Source of the DNA: an uncultured Verrucomicrobiales bacterium
GTDB taxonomy: Bacteria; Verrucomicrobiota; Verrucomicrobiia; Verrucomicrobiales; DEV007
Length of the DNA: 64,000 nt
NCBI GenBank assembly: GCA_938091905.1
Contig: CALKOM010000023.1
Coordinates: 1 to 64,000 of the forward strand
Direction: 5' to 3'
Shown piece by piece: positions 9,050 to 19,677 of the stretch. Made by a program: the position numbers and the translations under genes. Within the stretch, counting starts at the first letter, position 1. Each line of letters starts with the position of its first letter. The notes below the pieces were generated by a model. The model searched no databases and was not told the origin of the DNA. It saw only the letters and a program-made list of their open reading frames with translations.

Positions 9050-11227
9050 CTACGCTTCTTCCCGTTTCAAGACCGCCCGCATCAAGTTCAGTTGCCCGTA
9101 AGTCACGCCTTCTTCCGCCGCCTCCATGATCGGCCGGAGCGGTGATAAACCATGCTTCGCAAAGAGTTCCCTAAGCGCCGTCTCAGTGTCTTCATTCAAA
9201 TAAGGTCGCCAGTCCAATTCTTCCCCATCTTCCACCACTCTCACCAGGTGAGTCTCGATGGTTGTTAGTTTCAAGCCACGAGCCGAAGCAATGTCATCCA
9301 GAGGCTTGCCTTCCTGAAGCAATTTATGAGTTTCAAGAACCGTCTGCGGCAACCCTTCCTTGATCTCCGGCTGTGTAGGCTTCTGCGCGTGTAGATTGGA
9401 TCCGTTGACCCGTGCCTTCGCCGTCTCAGGATGGGCTGCCATGTAATCCACAATCGCTTGGACAAAGGGGGTTCCGTAAGTGTCGAGCTTGTGTTGCCCA
9501 ATCCCATGGATCGACATCATCTCCGCAGCCTCACCCGGCATGTATGCCGCCATCTGACGCAAGGTACGATCACTGAAGATGACATAAGGAGGCACATCAT
9601 GCGTGTCTGCTAGTAATTTACGAACCTCGCGGAGGCGCTCAAAGAGCCCGTTGTGATGAGGCGGATCATCAGTTTGACCAACGCGCCCACCTTTCTCTGG
9701 CTCTACCCTAGTATCCTCCTGTCGCGAGAACGTCCGCTGACCTTTGAGAATCTCCCAGGCAGAGGGTGTGAGCTTGGGGACGGCAAATCCATCACCCTCA
9801 GTCTTCACATCACCAGCTGCGATGAGCGCATTTAAAATATTGCGCCAATGAGTCTTCGGCTTGTCTTTGCCCACACCATAGGTCTTCAAGGCGTCGTGCC
9901 CGAACTGCCGAATCTTGACTGTATTCGCACCGCTGACAATGTCACATATATGAACTCCCCCAAAGCGCTCGCCCGTCCGCACCATCGCTGAGAGGACCAT
10001 CTGAGCATCGCGCGTCGCATCCACCGAACGAAACTCGCCTGCACAGAAATCACAGCCACCACAGTTCTCCTCGGCGTATATTTCTCCAAAGTAACCTAGC
10101 AAACCTCGTCTGCGACACGTCGGCACTGACGCAAAGCGCTCCATCTCTTGCAGCAGCGCCAGCGTTCGACGTCGCTCCGCCTCATCCTCAATCTCCTCGA
10201 TGAACCGTTTCTGTTTGATGATGTCGCCCGCTCCATAAAGCAGGAGACAATGCGACGGCTCCCCATCCCGACCAGCTCTCCCTGTCTCTTGATAGTACGA
10301 CTCGACGTTCTTCGGAACATCACCATGAACTACAAAACGCACGTCCGCCTTGTCGATTCCCATACCAAAAGCAACGGTCGCCACAATGATAGAAGCATCG
10401 TCACGAATGAAGGCCTCTTGAGTCTGAGAACGTTCATTTGGCTCGAGTCCTGCATGGTAGGCTTTCGCGGGAATCCCACTAGCCACTAACAACGCAGCCG
10501 TCGACTCGACACTCTTCCGTGTCGCCCGATAAATGATGCCGGACTGGCCGGAGCGCTGATTGAGAAAGGCGATGAGCTGCGCCTTCCAGTCTTTCTTTAC
10601 CCGGACCTCGTAAAACAGATTGTCGCGATCAAACGAGGCTCGAACCTTCACGGGATTCTTTAGCGAAAGACGTTCCTCAATGTCATCGGCAACCTTCTCC
10701 GTTGCTGTTGCTGTGTAGGCACCGATCGGCACGCCAGGAAATTCTTGACGCAAACGCCCCAGAGCCAGGTAATCCGGACGGAAATCATGCCCCCATTCGG
10801 AAATGCAGTGAGCTTCATCAATGGCGAAGAAGGCCGGTGTGCCAGAGGGACAGTAGCGCAAGCGATCTAGCATTCCATGCACCGCCAACCGCTCGGGCGC
10901 CAGGTAGAGCAAATCCAGCTCACCATTCTGATAGGCCCGCACGGCAGCGCGCCGGTCCTCATCGGAAATTGAACTATTGGCACAGGCAGCTCGTATGCCG
11001 CTAGCTTTAGCGGCATCGACCTGATCTTTCATCAGTGCAATCAGCGGACTGACCACCACAGCACAACCTGGACCCAGTAAGGCCGGCAGTTGATAACAGA
11101 GCGACTTGCCGCCGCCCGTCGGCATGACCCCAAAGACGTCGCGGCCTTCATGCAACCCGCTCACCAGCTCCCGCTGGTGCTTACGAAACGCCGTAAACCC
11201 GAAGACTCGATGCAGGGTCTCATCCAT
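9050..11227 (-). CDS. recQ: ATP-dependent DNA helicase RecQ (with RQC, HRDC and C-terminal HTH)
   Basis: MPTGGGKS, DEAHCISEWGHDFRP, ATVAFGMGIDK, QETGRAGRDG, Zn-site CRR..CGGCDFC, HRDC VPPYVIFSD. Confidence 0.97.
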   Translation of the reverse strand: MDETLHRVFGFTAFRKHQRELVSGLHEGRDVFGVMPTGGGKSLCYQLPALLGPGCAVVVSPLIALMKDQVDAAKASGIRAACANSSISDEDRRAAVRAYQNGELDLLYLAPERLAVHGMLDRLRYCPSGTPAFFAIDEAHCISEWGHDFRPDYLALGRLRQEFPGVPIGAYTATATEKVADDIEERLSLKNPVKVRASFDRDNLFYEVRVKKDWKAQLIAFLNQRSGQSGIIYRATRKSVESTAALLVASGIPAKAYHAGLEPNERSQTQEAFIRDDASIIVATVAFGMGIDKADVRFVVHGDVPKNVESYYQETGRAGRDGEPSHCLLLYGAGDIIKQKRFIEEIEDEAERRRTLALLQEMERFASVPTCRRRGLLGYFGEIYAEENCGGCDFCAGEFRSVDATRDAQMVLSAMVRTGERFGGVHICDIVSGANTVKIRQFGHDALKTYGVGKDKPKTHWRNILNALIAAGDVKTEGDGFAVPKLTPSAWEILKGQRTFSRQEDTRVEPEKGGRVGQTDDPPHHNGLFERLREVRKLLADTHDVPPYVIFSDRTLRQMAAYMPGEAAEMMSIHGIGQHKLDTYGTPFVQAIVDYMAAHPETAKARVNGSNLHAQKPTQPEIKEGLPQTVLETHKLLQEGKPLDDIASARGLKLTTIETHLVRVVEDGEELDWRPYLNEDTETALRELFAKHGLSPLRPIMEAAEEGVTYGQLNLMRAVLKREEA

Positions 11228-11290
11228 AATAAGCGCGAGCCTACCACAGTCCACAATCGCGACAACCCTTTACCCACGATCGGTGTACAC

Positions 11291-11326
11291 AGAAAAGCGG
11301 CCCGGGCTACCAAACCAGACCGCTTT
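11291..11326 (-). terminator. Rho-independent terminator-like hairpin
   Basis: Minus-strand RNA AAAGCGGUCUGG-9 nt loop-CCGGGCCGCUUU(UCUGU): 12 bp including two G-U pairs that form only on the minus strand, ending in a U-run. Confidence 0.6.
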
Positions 11327-11414
11327 CCTGAAAAACAACAATGGCAATATGAACTAACTAACTAAACAATTAATAAAGATTGGATCATAACAAAAACTTG
11401 ATAGAGAGTGCAGA

Positions 11415-11864
11415 TCAAGTGATCAAAATGATGGGCGACTCATCCTCCGGCTGCGGCGTGAAATTACTGGGGTCCTGACGCAAACCACGGAGGCTTGCAG
11501 GAAGAGCAGACAGCTCACTCTCCTCAGTAAGGCTCTCAGACTCCGGAGCCAATTGGAGAGGAGACCTGGTATGCATATTCACTAATCGCGGGCGACTGCT
11601 CTCAGGATTGAAGGGCAACTTGTTCCGCTCGATCTCGCACTTGGCCATGCGCATCGTAGCCGGACCCACAACAGGCAGAAAGACAGGCGAGAGGAAATGC
11701 TTCTCAGCATCGTAGGTCCAAATAGCCTGCCGAATGCGCTTGAAGCAGTAACGGCGCCAAGCAGCCCGCACCCGTGATTTGAGACTTCCGACGAAGGATG
11801 TCTCCTCGACGTTGTCCGTTGCAAGGAAGGGGTGGTCTAGGGTGCTAGAATTCGGGGTGATCAT
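11415..11864 (-). CDS. Hypothetical protein (149 aa, low-complexity C-terminal half)
   Basis: ATG-started ORF flanked by AT-rich intergenic DNA and a downstream terminator; no recognisable motif. Confidence 0.5.
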   Translation of the reverse strand: MITPNSSTLDHPFLATDNVEETSFVGSLKSRVRAAWRRYCFKRIRQAIWTYDAEKHFLSPVFLPVVGPATMRMAKCEIERNKLPFNPESSRPRLVNMHTRSPLQLAPESESLTEESELSALPASLRGLRQDPSNFTPQPEDESPIILIT

Positions 11865-12079
11865 GGCGGAGACAGGTAAGAAACAGTGTTGAGGCGATTG
11901 AGGACTTGGTTTCTTAGAGGTGAGATTCTCTTCGAAGAGGGATTATCGTATTTAAGCTATTAAAAACTGACATTATGATAAATATCATTAGAGGATCTCA
12001 ATGCTGCGAAACTGAAACAGGGTGAGGCAGTGAATGACCAATCCATACCATATAATTACAATAATTTAGGTAACCTTTA

Positions 12080-12990
12080 AGGCCACTTCCTCCTTCAGAC
12101 ATTCTGAATGCCGTCTATGTCCTCGGGGACGCCTCGCTGGAAGGAGACTCCGTCAAACCACTCTTGCTCTCATTAGTCGAAGGCCTAACAGGCACCTCTT
12201 CCACACTTGTGTTCCTATTTAAGGAGCCACGCTATCTACCAGACTCGTTGACAAACTCCGCCATCGTCATCAACTCCGATCAACAAGGATCTCAGATTGA
12301 GGAAAGCGCCGCACAGCTCAGCCAACGTCTTGTCGGCCAGCGTGTGATGACCGTCGCTCTAGCAAAGGAAGATCGCTTACGCCTGCAGGAATCCCTCCAA
12401 AACAAAGATGATCCTGACGCTCCCACCAGCCAAGTCTACGACTCAAAGCCAGTGGAGTAGACGCGCGGAAAGCCGTCTTCAGCGGCTTCGCGACTCACCT
12501 GCAAGCCGTGGAAGACGTTCGCTTTCTTGAGTACTTCAGCCCAGAAAAAAACCAACTCGGGTTACCCGGCTTGCATCGACTCCGTCAGGAAGTGAGCCTG
12601 GATGAATCCTGGTTTATCGATGGCGCAGGAGCAGCGAACACGGTGACCACATGTTCGCGATCCTTTGCCCAACACTGGTGAATCGACTTGCCCAAGCCAG
12701 ATCAACGCCACGCGGTCATTTCATTTCAGTTGGGAGCACCTAGCCCGGGTTGCTCGCAGGCAATGCAGGCCAGGCTCACCCATCACTCTGTCAGCCTCAG
12801 CTCCGCACAAATAGAAGCTGACCTTCTCGAAGTCATCCAGGCCAGGCTCGACTAAAAAGGAGCCTTTCAACCCGAGACCCTCTGCCAATTCTGGGAACGC
12901 AGCTAAGACAACGCCAATCGCTCGTCACCAGGCCCTCCCAGCTGGCGGAGCACCCATGCGGAATCGTAGGAAGTGCGCTATTCTCTTTCA
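12080..12990 (+). pseudogene. Degraded hypothetical protein (boundaries approximate)
   Basis: Protein-like segments (DILNAVYVLGD..LVFLFKEPRY..; FATHLQAVEDVRFLEYF..; IDLPKPDQRHAVISFQLG..) broken by several stops and a frameshift near 12460-12480. Confidence 0.45.
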
Positions 12991-13069
12991 CGGTGCTAGC
13001 CTGAGGCTCGCCCAACTTCAGAGAAGACTTTTCACGTGCAGCCCGGTAAAGTTGCGCGAAGGTCGCGCC

Positions 13070-14185
13070 ATGTTACAAGCAGGTATCGTAGGACTTCCGA
13101 ACGTCGGCAAATCGACTCTCTTCAACGCGGTCACCCGGACACAGAAAGCAGAGGCCGCAAACTACCCTTTCTGCACGATCGAGCCGAACCAAGGCGTCGT
13201 CACCGTCCCCGACCCCAGGCTAGCCGTCCTCTCAGAAATCTCCAAATCGCAGAAACTCGTCCCGGCTGCGATTGAATTCGTCGACATCGCTGGTCTCGTC
13301 AAAGGTGCGAGCCAAGGAGAAGGCCTCGGCAATCAGTTCCTCGCCAACATTCGTGAAGTCGATGCCAACGTCCAGGTCGTCCGCTGCTTCGAAAACTCTG
13401 ACATTCACCACGTCGATGGCTCGATCAATCCTCTGCGCGACATTGAAGTCATCAACACCGAACTCCTCCTCGCCGACATGGCCGCCATGGAACGCCGCCA
13501 AGAACGCAATGTGAAGAAAGCCAAAGGCGGCGACAAAGAAGCCAAGGCCGAATTGCTCATTCTAGAAAAGCTCCTCCCCCATCTTAACGACGGCAAACCC
13601 GCCAGCACCTTGGAGCTGACCGACGATGAGCAGAAGATCCAGCACGGCTTCCAACTCCTCACTGGCAAGCCCACCATCTTCGCCTGCAACGTCTCCGAAG
13701 ACGACCTCGCGGACGCGCGTGCAAATCCTGACAATCACCCGCATGTCTCCGCGGTCAAAGCCTATGCTTCCGAAACTCACGGGGCCGAAGCCATCGTTAT
13801 CAGTGCCAGCATCGAGGCCGAACTTGTCTCCCTCGATGAAGATGAAGCCCAGGAATTCCTCACCAGCCTCGGCGTCGAAAGCAGCGGTGTTTCCGATCTC
13901 ATCCGCACCGTGTATCACTTGTTAGGCCTACGCACCTACCTCACCACGGGCGAGCAAGAAACCCGTGCCTGGACCATCCGCGAAGGTACGAAAGCACCGC
14001 AAGCTGCCGGCGTCATTCATGGAGACTTTGAGCGCGGCTTTATCGCAGCCGAAGTCGTCCACTACGACGACCTCGTCGAACTGGGATCCCAAGTGAAAGC
14101 CAAAGAAGCCGGCAAGCTCCGCATCGAAGGCAAAGAATACGTCGTCAAAGACGGCGACGTCGTTGAGTTCCGCTTCAACGTCTAG
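13070..14185 (+). CDS. ychF: Redox-regulated ribosome-binding ATPase YchF
   Basis: [34 protein letters not shown]-terminal [16 protein letters not shown]. Confidence 0.98.
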   Translation: MLQAGIVGLPNVGKSTLFNAVTRTQKAEAANYPFCTIEPNQGVVTVPDPRLAVLSEISKSQKLVPAAIEFVDIAGLVKGASQGEGLGNQFLANIREVDANVQVVRCFENSDIHHVDGSINPLRDIEVINTELLLADMAAMERRQERNVKKAKGGDKEAKAELLILEKLLPHLNDGKPASTLELTDDEQKIQHGFQLLTGKPTIFACNVSEDDLADARANPDNHPHVSAVKAYASETHGAEAIVISASIEAELVSLDEDEAQEFLTSLGVESSGVSDLIRTVYHLLGLRTYLTTGEQETRAWTIREGTKAPQAAGVIHGDFERGFIAAEVVHYDDLVELGSQVKAKEAGKLRIEGKEYVVKDGDVVEFRFNV

Positions 14186-14283
14186 CATTACGGTCGCTTC
14201 TGTTTCAGCAGCCCCCTCCTTGATCGTCGAGAACCAGGTTTCTCGATTGGCAAGATTGGCTTCCCGCTATAAACCAAAAGAGC

Positions 14284-15942
14284 ATGTATCGGTTCCTTCT
14301 ACTTTTTGTTCTCAGCGCCCATGCGACCATCAGCGCGGAAAGACTCTCCGCCGACCGCCTCTTCCAGCGGGATCACATCGTCCAGGTTCGCATCGAATTG
14401 CCAGAGGAGAAATGGGCCGCGCTTTGTCTCCAGACACGAACGATGGGCGAAGCGTTAAGCAAGACCCTGCCAGAGAAACCTTTCACCTACATGAAAGGGC
14501 ACATCACGATCGATGGCGTCCGTATCGAGAACGTTGGCATTCGAAAGAAGGGATTCATTGGTTCTCTCGATAGCACCCGACCTTCGCTCAAGGTCAAGTT
14601 CAACGAGTACCGGAAGAAGCAACATCCCATTGACGGCCTGGATCGACTCACGCTCAACAACAACAAACAGGACACTGCGCATCTCAGCCAGTATCTCGGC
14701 TACCAGCTATTTCAGGAATCCAAAACGCCCGCTCCACGATGCAATCACGCGCACGTCACCGTGAACGGACAGAACCTTGGGATCTATTCTAACGTTGAGT
14801 CTATTCGCAAGCCTTTCCTTAAGCGCACCTTCGGAAGTGATGAAGGCGATCTTTTCGAAGGCACCATCGCCGACTTCATGGACGGTTGGATGCACAAATT
14901 TGAGTCCAAGAGGAAACGAACGAAAGTCGCCGCCTTGAAACCGCTTCACGACGTTTTGAAGAACCCTGAATCCACGCTCAAAGAGATCGGAGAAATCCTC
15001 GACATCGATGCCTTCATTCGATTCTGGGCCATGGAAAGTCTGATTAGCTTCTGGGATGGCTATACGAACAACCAGAATAACTACTTTCTCTATCAGAACC
15101 CTAGCACCTCGAAATGGCAGTTCATTCCCTGGGGCTTAGACAGCGCGTTCACCTCGATGATGCCCTTCCCCCCGTTCTTCATCCCCAATCACGCAGCCCA
15201 AAGTCAATCCGTGATATCGAATCGCCTCTATCACTTCCCCGAGATCCAGGACAAGTATCTGACCACCATGAAAGCGATCTTGGATGCGCATTGGAAAGAG
15301 AGCGTGTTGAACGCAGAAATCGATGCCGTGACCGAACGCCTCAAAGACTTGCATACGCGGGGTAGGTCCCAAGAGAAAGGCCTAAAGAAGCTGCGAACGT
15401 TTATCAACATGCGCCGAACGGCGATCGAGAATGCTTTCAAGATCTGGCCTCTCAAGATTCCTGACTCTCCAAAGGAACCCGTCTATTTTTCTAAGATTGG
15501 CAGCGCCAAGGTTACCTTTGACACACATTGGTACGATAAGTCGCCACGGAATACTCAGAAGATCGGTGAGATTGATCTTAGCATGACATTGCACGATAAG
15601 CCGATCGAGTTCGAAGCCGTCGGGGTAATTGCCGAACGCGGAAAGATGCCTGGATCAGACGGAGAATATCCAGCGAGTGTGGTCATTCACGCCAAGCGGA
15701 AGTCTGACGGGGCCAAGATCGTCCTGGGAATCGGCTTAGAAGACGTGCTGTTTCGACCTAGCACAAGCACCATAGCGGCTCAAGGTATCATCATGGGTGG
15801 CGTCAAAGGATTCGGCGTTCTATCCAGTGAGATCAAGTTCAGCCAAGCTGCCACCAAGGATGAAGCTCAGGTATCCGGAGAAGCTACCATTTCAATCCTC
15901 CAGATGCGTGGAGGTAAGCCGATCGGAAAGAAAGAAGGCTAA
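14284..15942 (+). CDS. Secreted CotH-kinase-family protein
   Basis: Signal peptide; VGIRKKG, RPSLKVKF, LTLNN, LGIYSNVE, WDGY..NNYFLY, FIPWGLD. Confidence 0.88.
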   Translation: MYRFLLLFVLSAHATISAERLSADRLFQRDHIVQVRIELPEEKWAALCLQTRTMGEALSKTLPEKPFTYMKGHITIDGVRIENVGIRKKGFIGSLDSTRPSLKVKFNEYRKKQHPIDGLDRLTLNNNKQDTAHLSQYLGYQLFQESKTPAPRCNHAHVTVNGQNLGIYSNVESIRKPFLKRTFGSDEGDLFEGTIADFMDGWMHKFESKRKRTKVAALKPLHDVLKNPESTLKEIGEILDIDAFIRFWAMESLISFWDGYTNNQNNYFLYQNPSTSKWQFIPWGLDSAFTSMMPFPPFFIPNHAAQSQSVISNRLYHFPEIQDKYLTTMKAILDAHWKESVLNAEIDAVTERLKDLHTRGRSQEKGLKKLRTFINMRRTAIENAFKIWPLKIPDSPKEPVYFSKIGSAKVTFDTHWYDKSPRNTQKIGEIDLSMTLHDKPIEFEAVGVIAERGKMPGSDGEYPASVVIHAKRKSDGAKIVLGIGLEDVLFRPSTSTIAAQGIIMGGVKGFGVLSSEIKFSQAATKDEAQVSGEATISILQMRGGKPIGKKEG

Positions 15943-15952
15943 CAAGCACTCT

Positions 15953-16924
15953 TCAGCCTTCGTGCTGCGACAACGAAGCTTCGCCGTAGGCCATTGTGTG
16001 ATACGCCGCCACCCAAGCGAGATAAACTGTGGGAATCGCCCAGATGAGCCCCACGAGAAGTGCGAGAGTGCCTCCTAGAACGATGAGGAGGCCCATCAGC
16101 CCCAGGCCGATCAGGCTCAACACATTTCCCTGAGTGATCGACCAACTCGCTTTGAGGGCTTCGATAGGGCCCATCCTCCGATCGACCACCAAGATCTGGT
16201 GAGGCGCCAACCGGATCATGATGTAGATCCCAGGGATAATTAGAAGAACGAGCCCAATAACAACCGCAAGGGCGAAGAGGATATAAGCGATGACCGCGTT
16301 TAAAAAATGTGGCCCGCCAGTGAAGAGATCTGAAATAGCCGGGGTTGAGCGCCGAAGGTGGTTAAGCTGAAACCGGATTGCTCCAAGCCCCAAGAAGACG
16401 CCCACGAGCTGTTGGACAAGCCCCGAGACAACCGTTAGGATGGCTGCAGGCCCGTCTTGCACTAATGGCTCTTGGGAAGTGAACTCACCACCCAGGACAG
16501 CGATGGCGATCTCAAAAGGAAGCGCCACAAAGATCGAGATACCGATCATGACCACTAGAAAGAGTAGGAGTTGCCCAAGGTTAGCCTTCGTAATTGCCCA
16601 TCCAACGGACAAGCACTTCATGACTTCGAAACGATGGTTCCCCAGTTCAGCTAGAGGTTCTTCAAGGGCCGCAACCGTCTGAGGAGGAGCGTAAGGATTG
16701 AACTCTGAGGATTCCACCCCATCAGAAGAAGGGATTGGCAGTGGAGAATCTGAAGAAAGGAGCCCATCCACCGAGGCAGGGTGAACCCATTCCGGCATCG
16801 ACGGCAGCCACACTTTCACATCCGAGCCGTCCAGATTTATTGATTGCAGAATGGTTTTCAACTCTTCCCGCGAATGGGGACCACTCTGCTTCCGATTGAT
16901 CGCCAGATGCCATTGCTCATTCAT
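15953..16924 (-). CDS. GYF_2 (DUF4339) domain membrane protein with DUF975-like transmembrane region
   Basis: WHLAINRKQSGP..VWLPSMPEW, NPYAPP linker, LVLLIIPGIY and EALKASW motifs. Confidence 0.82.
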   Translation of the reverse strand: MNEQWHLAINRKQSGPHSREELKTILQSINLDGSDVKVWLPSMPEWVHPASVDGLLSSDSPLPIPSSDGVESSEFNPYAPPQTVAALEEPLAELGNHRFEVMKCLSVGWAITKANLGQLLLFLVVMIGISIFVALPFEIAIAVLGGEFTSQEPLVQDGPAAILTVVSGLVQQLVGVFLGLGAIRFQLNHLRRSTPAISDLFTGGPHFLNAVIAYILFALAVVIGLVLLIIPGIYIMIRLAPHQILVVDRRMGPIEALKASWSITQGNVLSLIGLGLMGLLIVLGGTLALLVGLIWAIPTVYLAWVAAYHTMAYGEASLSQHEG

Positions 16925-17171
16925 GATTCCAAATAGATACAGATTAGATAGAAGAAGATCTTCCTGAAGAATCGTAAAAGATTCCATCCATAACCACCTC
17001 CCTATCAGATTTCCCCTAATGTGTCATCCTGGGCGATCTGACACAAGACAAATCAGCGGGTGCACCATGGCCCATTTTTCGCAAAACCCGATCATTGGTC
17101 GATAGATTGGATTTGCCTTCGCTGGGCGGTAGAAGATGTTTTCCGTGCGCACCCCTTCCCATTTGGCTCTC

Positions 17172-19034
17172 ATGATACGTCATCTCTTCGCTGCCCTTCT
17201 TCTCTTAGGTTCGATTCACGCTCAGGATATTCCTAGACTGTTACCGCCACCAGGCACGCACATTCCTGGTCTGGAGGTTCTCCAGACTCAGGAAACACGG
17301 TTGGCGAAGCTTGAGGCCAGAGAATTGGAACATCCACGTTACGCCGATGTGGCCATCTACTCGAAAGCTGTCCGTCTCGCGCATCGACACGGTGAGTTCT
17401 ATGGTGAGAAAGCATCTGGCTATGTCGATGAGGCTCTCGATAGAGCTGAGGAACGTCTATCTGCATTGGCTAAGAATCAGACCCCCTGGTTAAAGGCAGG
17501 CGGCCTCATCACCTGCGGATTTCGCTCCAAGCTCGACGACTCGATTCAACCTTACGGGCTAGAAATTCCGGATGGCCTAAATCTGTCGAAAAAGGTGCCA
17601 CTTTACGTTTGGCTACATGGGCGCGGCGACAAAAATACCGATCTCTACTTCCTTCGTGATCGCGAGAAGAAACGCAGTCCGTTCAAGTTCGAAGACGGGA
17701 TCACCCTACATCCCTTTGGCAGACAGTGCATCGGTTTCAAAGCAGCGGGCGAAATTGATGTATTAGAAGCAATTACCGATGTGAAGGCACGCTATCGAAT
17801 CGAAGAGAAGCAAATCGTCTTGTTAGGCTTCTCCATGGGAGGTGCGGGCGCGTGGCATCTTGGAGCGCACTACGCTGATCAATGGGCTGCCGTTCATGCC
17901 GGAGCTGGCTTTGCGGAAACCGCGCAGTACATCAAGCTCAAGCCCGTCAACTACCCTCCCAGCTATGAACAAACGCTCTGGTCGGTCTATGATGTGCCTA
18001 ACTACGCCCGCAACTTACTCAACCAGCCCCTCGTTGCTTACAGCGGCGAGAAGGACAAGCAAATCCAAGCGGCCCTTGTCATGGAAGACGCCCTTCGTGA
18101 GCACGATCACAAACTCTATCACGTCATTGGTCCAAATATGGGGCACAAGTACCACGAAGACTCTATCAAAGAAATTGGGGCTTGGTTAAAAGATCGGCTG
18201 GCCCAAGCAGACGAGCCGAAGGAGACGTGGCAGTGGCAAACACGCACCCTCCGATACCCAGGCGATGGCCCGTTTCGTATCACCGGACTCCATGAACACT
18301 ATCAAGACAGCCGACTTGATGCTAAACTCGTATCCTCCGGCCTCTACGACATAACGACTGTTAACGTGACTTCGTTCACACTAAGAGAGAAGGCAAGTAT
18401 ACGGATCGATGGCCAAGTCATGACTCCCGCCGGTCCTGGCAATTTTCAGAAACGTGAGGACGGTATCTGGACTCCAGGAATACCCAGTGGCCTACAAAAG
18501 CGCCCTGGGCTGCAAGGCCCAATCGACGACGCCTTCCTCAATCCTTTCCTTGAAGTCACTGAAGCGATGCCAAGCAACTGGCACACCTTCGAGCGGACCC
18601 ATTTCCACGACCGCTGGTCCGCCCTCTTCCGCGGCGAAGTGCAAAGCAGATCTAGCAGAACCCTTTCTAAACAAGACCAACAAGATCATCACTTGCTCTA
18701 CTGGGGCACACCCCACTCCAGCCCGGCCATTCGCAAACTCATCGACACCGCACCGATTGACTGGGATACCCAGGAAATCAGAATCGGAGACCAATCGTGG
18801 CCAAGCGCCAACCACATGCTACTTCTGATCTACCCAAACCCCGACAATCCAGAGAAATACATCGTCCTAAACAGTGGGCCAACCTTCCGAGAAGCTCATG
18901 ACAGGACAAATTCCTTACAAAACCCGAAGCTAGGTGATTGGGCGGTGATTGATACGCGAACACCTCCAAATGCCGAAGCCGCCGGCAAGGTCGTTGCTTC
19001 GGGATTCTTCGACGAGCGGTGGCAAGTGAAGTAG
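17172..19034 (+). CDS. Secreted serine hydrolase (prolyl oligopeptidase/esterase-like)
   Basis: Signal peptide; WLHGRG, GFSMGG, GEKD and GMGHKY-like motifs. Confidence 0.85.
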   Translation: MIRHLFAALLLLGSIHAQDIPRLLPPPGTHIPGLEVLQTQETRLAKLEARELEHPRYADVAIYSKAVRLAHRHGEFYGEKASGYVDEALDRAEERLSALAKNQTPWLKAGGLITCGFRSKLDDSIQPYGLEIPDGLNLSKKVPLYVWLHGRGDKNTDLYFLRDREKKRSPFKFEDGITLHPFGRQCIGFKAAGEIDVLEAITDVKARYRIEEKQIVLLGFSMGGAGAWHLGAHYADQWAAVHAGAGFAETAQYIKLKPVNYPPSYEQTLWSVYDVPNYARNLLNQPLVAYSGEKDKQIQAALVMEDALREHDHKLYHVIGPNMGHKYHEDSIKEIGAWLKDRLAQADEPKETWQWQTRTLRYPGDGPFRITGLHEHYQDSRLDAKLVSSGLYDITTVNVTSFTLREKASIRIDGQVMTPAGPGNFQKREDGIWTPGIPSGLQKRPGLQGPIDDAFLNPFLEVTEAMPSNWHTFERTHFHDRWSALFRGEVQSRSSRTLSKQDQQDHHLLYWGTPHSSPAIRKLIDTAPIDWDTQEIRIGDQSWPSANHMLLLIYPNPDNPEKYIVLNSGPTFREAHDRTNSLQNPKLGDWAVIDTRTPPNAEAAGKVVASGFFDERWQVK

Positions 19035-19035
19035 C

Positions 19036-19662
19036 TCAGGCTTTGGGCAGTTCCAGCGCTCGGATGGCGGAAAGGGTCCGCTCGCTAAAGCTCTGATAGA
19101 GCTCTTTCCGATTTGCACTGTTGGCCTTCTCATTGCTGAAATCGATTGGGTGGCCGACAACGATGGTGAGCTTGCCCATCACTTTGGGCACTTTGGCTCC
19201 ACGGGGGAAGATGTCGTAGGCTCCGAAGATGCGTACCGGCAAGACCGGAGCTTGGCTTTTGGCAATGACCAAGCCAACCCCGGGTTCGGCTTTGCCAAAC
19301 TGACCATCATTGGTGCGCTCGCCTTCGGGAAAGATGAGGACGCGTTCGCCGCTCTTGAGCAAGCCGATGATCCTACGTAGCCCTATCATATCGGGCTTCT
19401 CCCGATCGACGGGTAAGGCATTGAGCCGCGAGATCAGACCACCGAAGAGCGGGTTGTTAAAGAGAGTCTTGCGTGCCAGAAAGTGAATCGGATTCTTGAA
19501 AGCGACTGAAACACAGGGCGGATCCAAGAAGCTCTCGTGATTGCAGGCAATGAGAGCTGAGCCGTTCTCGACAAGTCGCTCGGGATTCACAACCTCGAAA
19601 CGATAGAAGACCTTGGTGACGATCTTCGTAGCCGTGTAGAAAAACCAGTAGAGCGGCTTCAT
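19036..19662 (-). CDS. plsC: 1-acyl-sn-glycerol-3-phosphate acyltransferase
   Basis: NHESFLDP and FPEGER motifs; follows cmk. Confidence 0.92.
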   Translation of the reverse strand: MKPLYWFFYTATKIVTKVFYRFEVVNPERLVENGSALIACNHESFLDPPCVSVAFKNPIHFLARKTLFNNPLFGGLISRLNALPVDREKPDMIGLRRIIGLLKSGERVLIFPEGERTNDGQFGKAEPGVGLVIAKSQAPVLPVRIFGAYDIFPRGAKVPKVMGKLTIVVGHPIDFSNEKANSANRKELYQSFSERTLSAIRALELPKA

Positions 19663-19677
19663 GGGCAGAAGACTATC

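Noticed and set aside
12956..13069. N-terminal extensions from the ORF track (ychF, hemL, cmk, pyrR, recQ, CotH 58773)
   Set aside because: Family homology or signal peptides begin at downstream ATGs; the extensions are longest-ORF artefacts
17020..17045. Inverted repeat TGTGTCA-N12-TGACACA between divergent genes
   Set aside because: Seven-bp arms with a long spacer can arise by chance; no second copy or regulator seen
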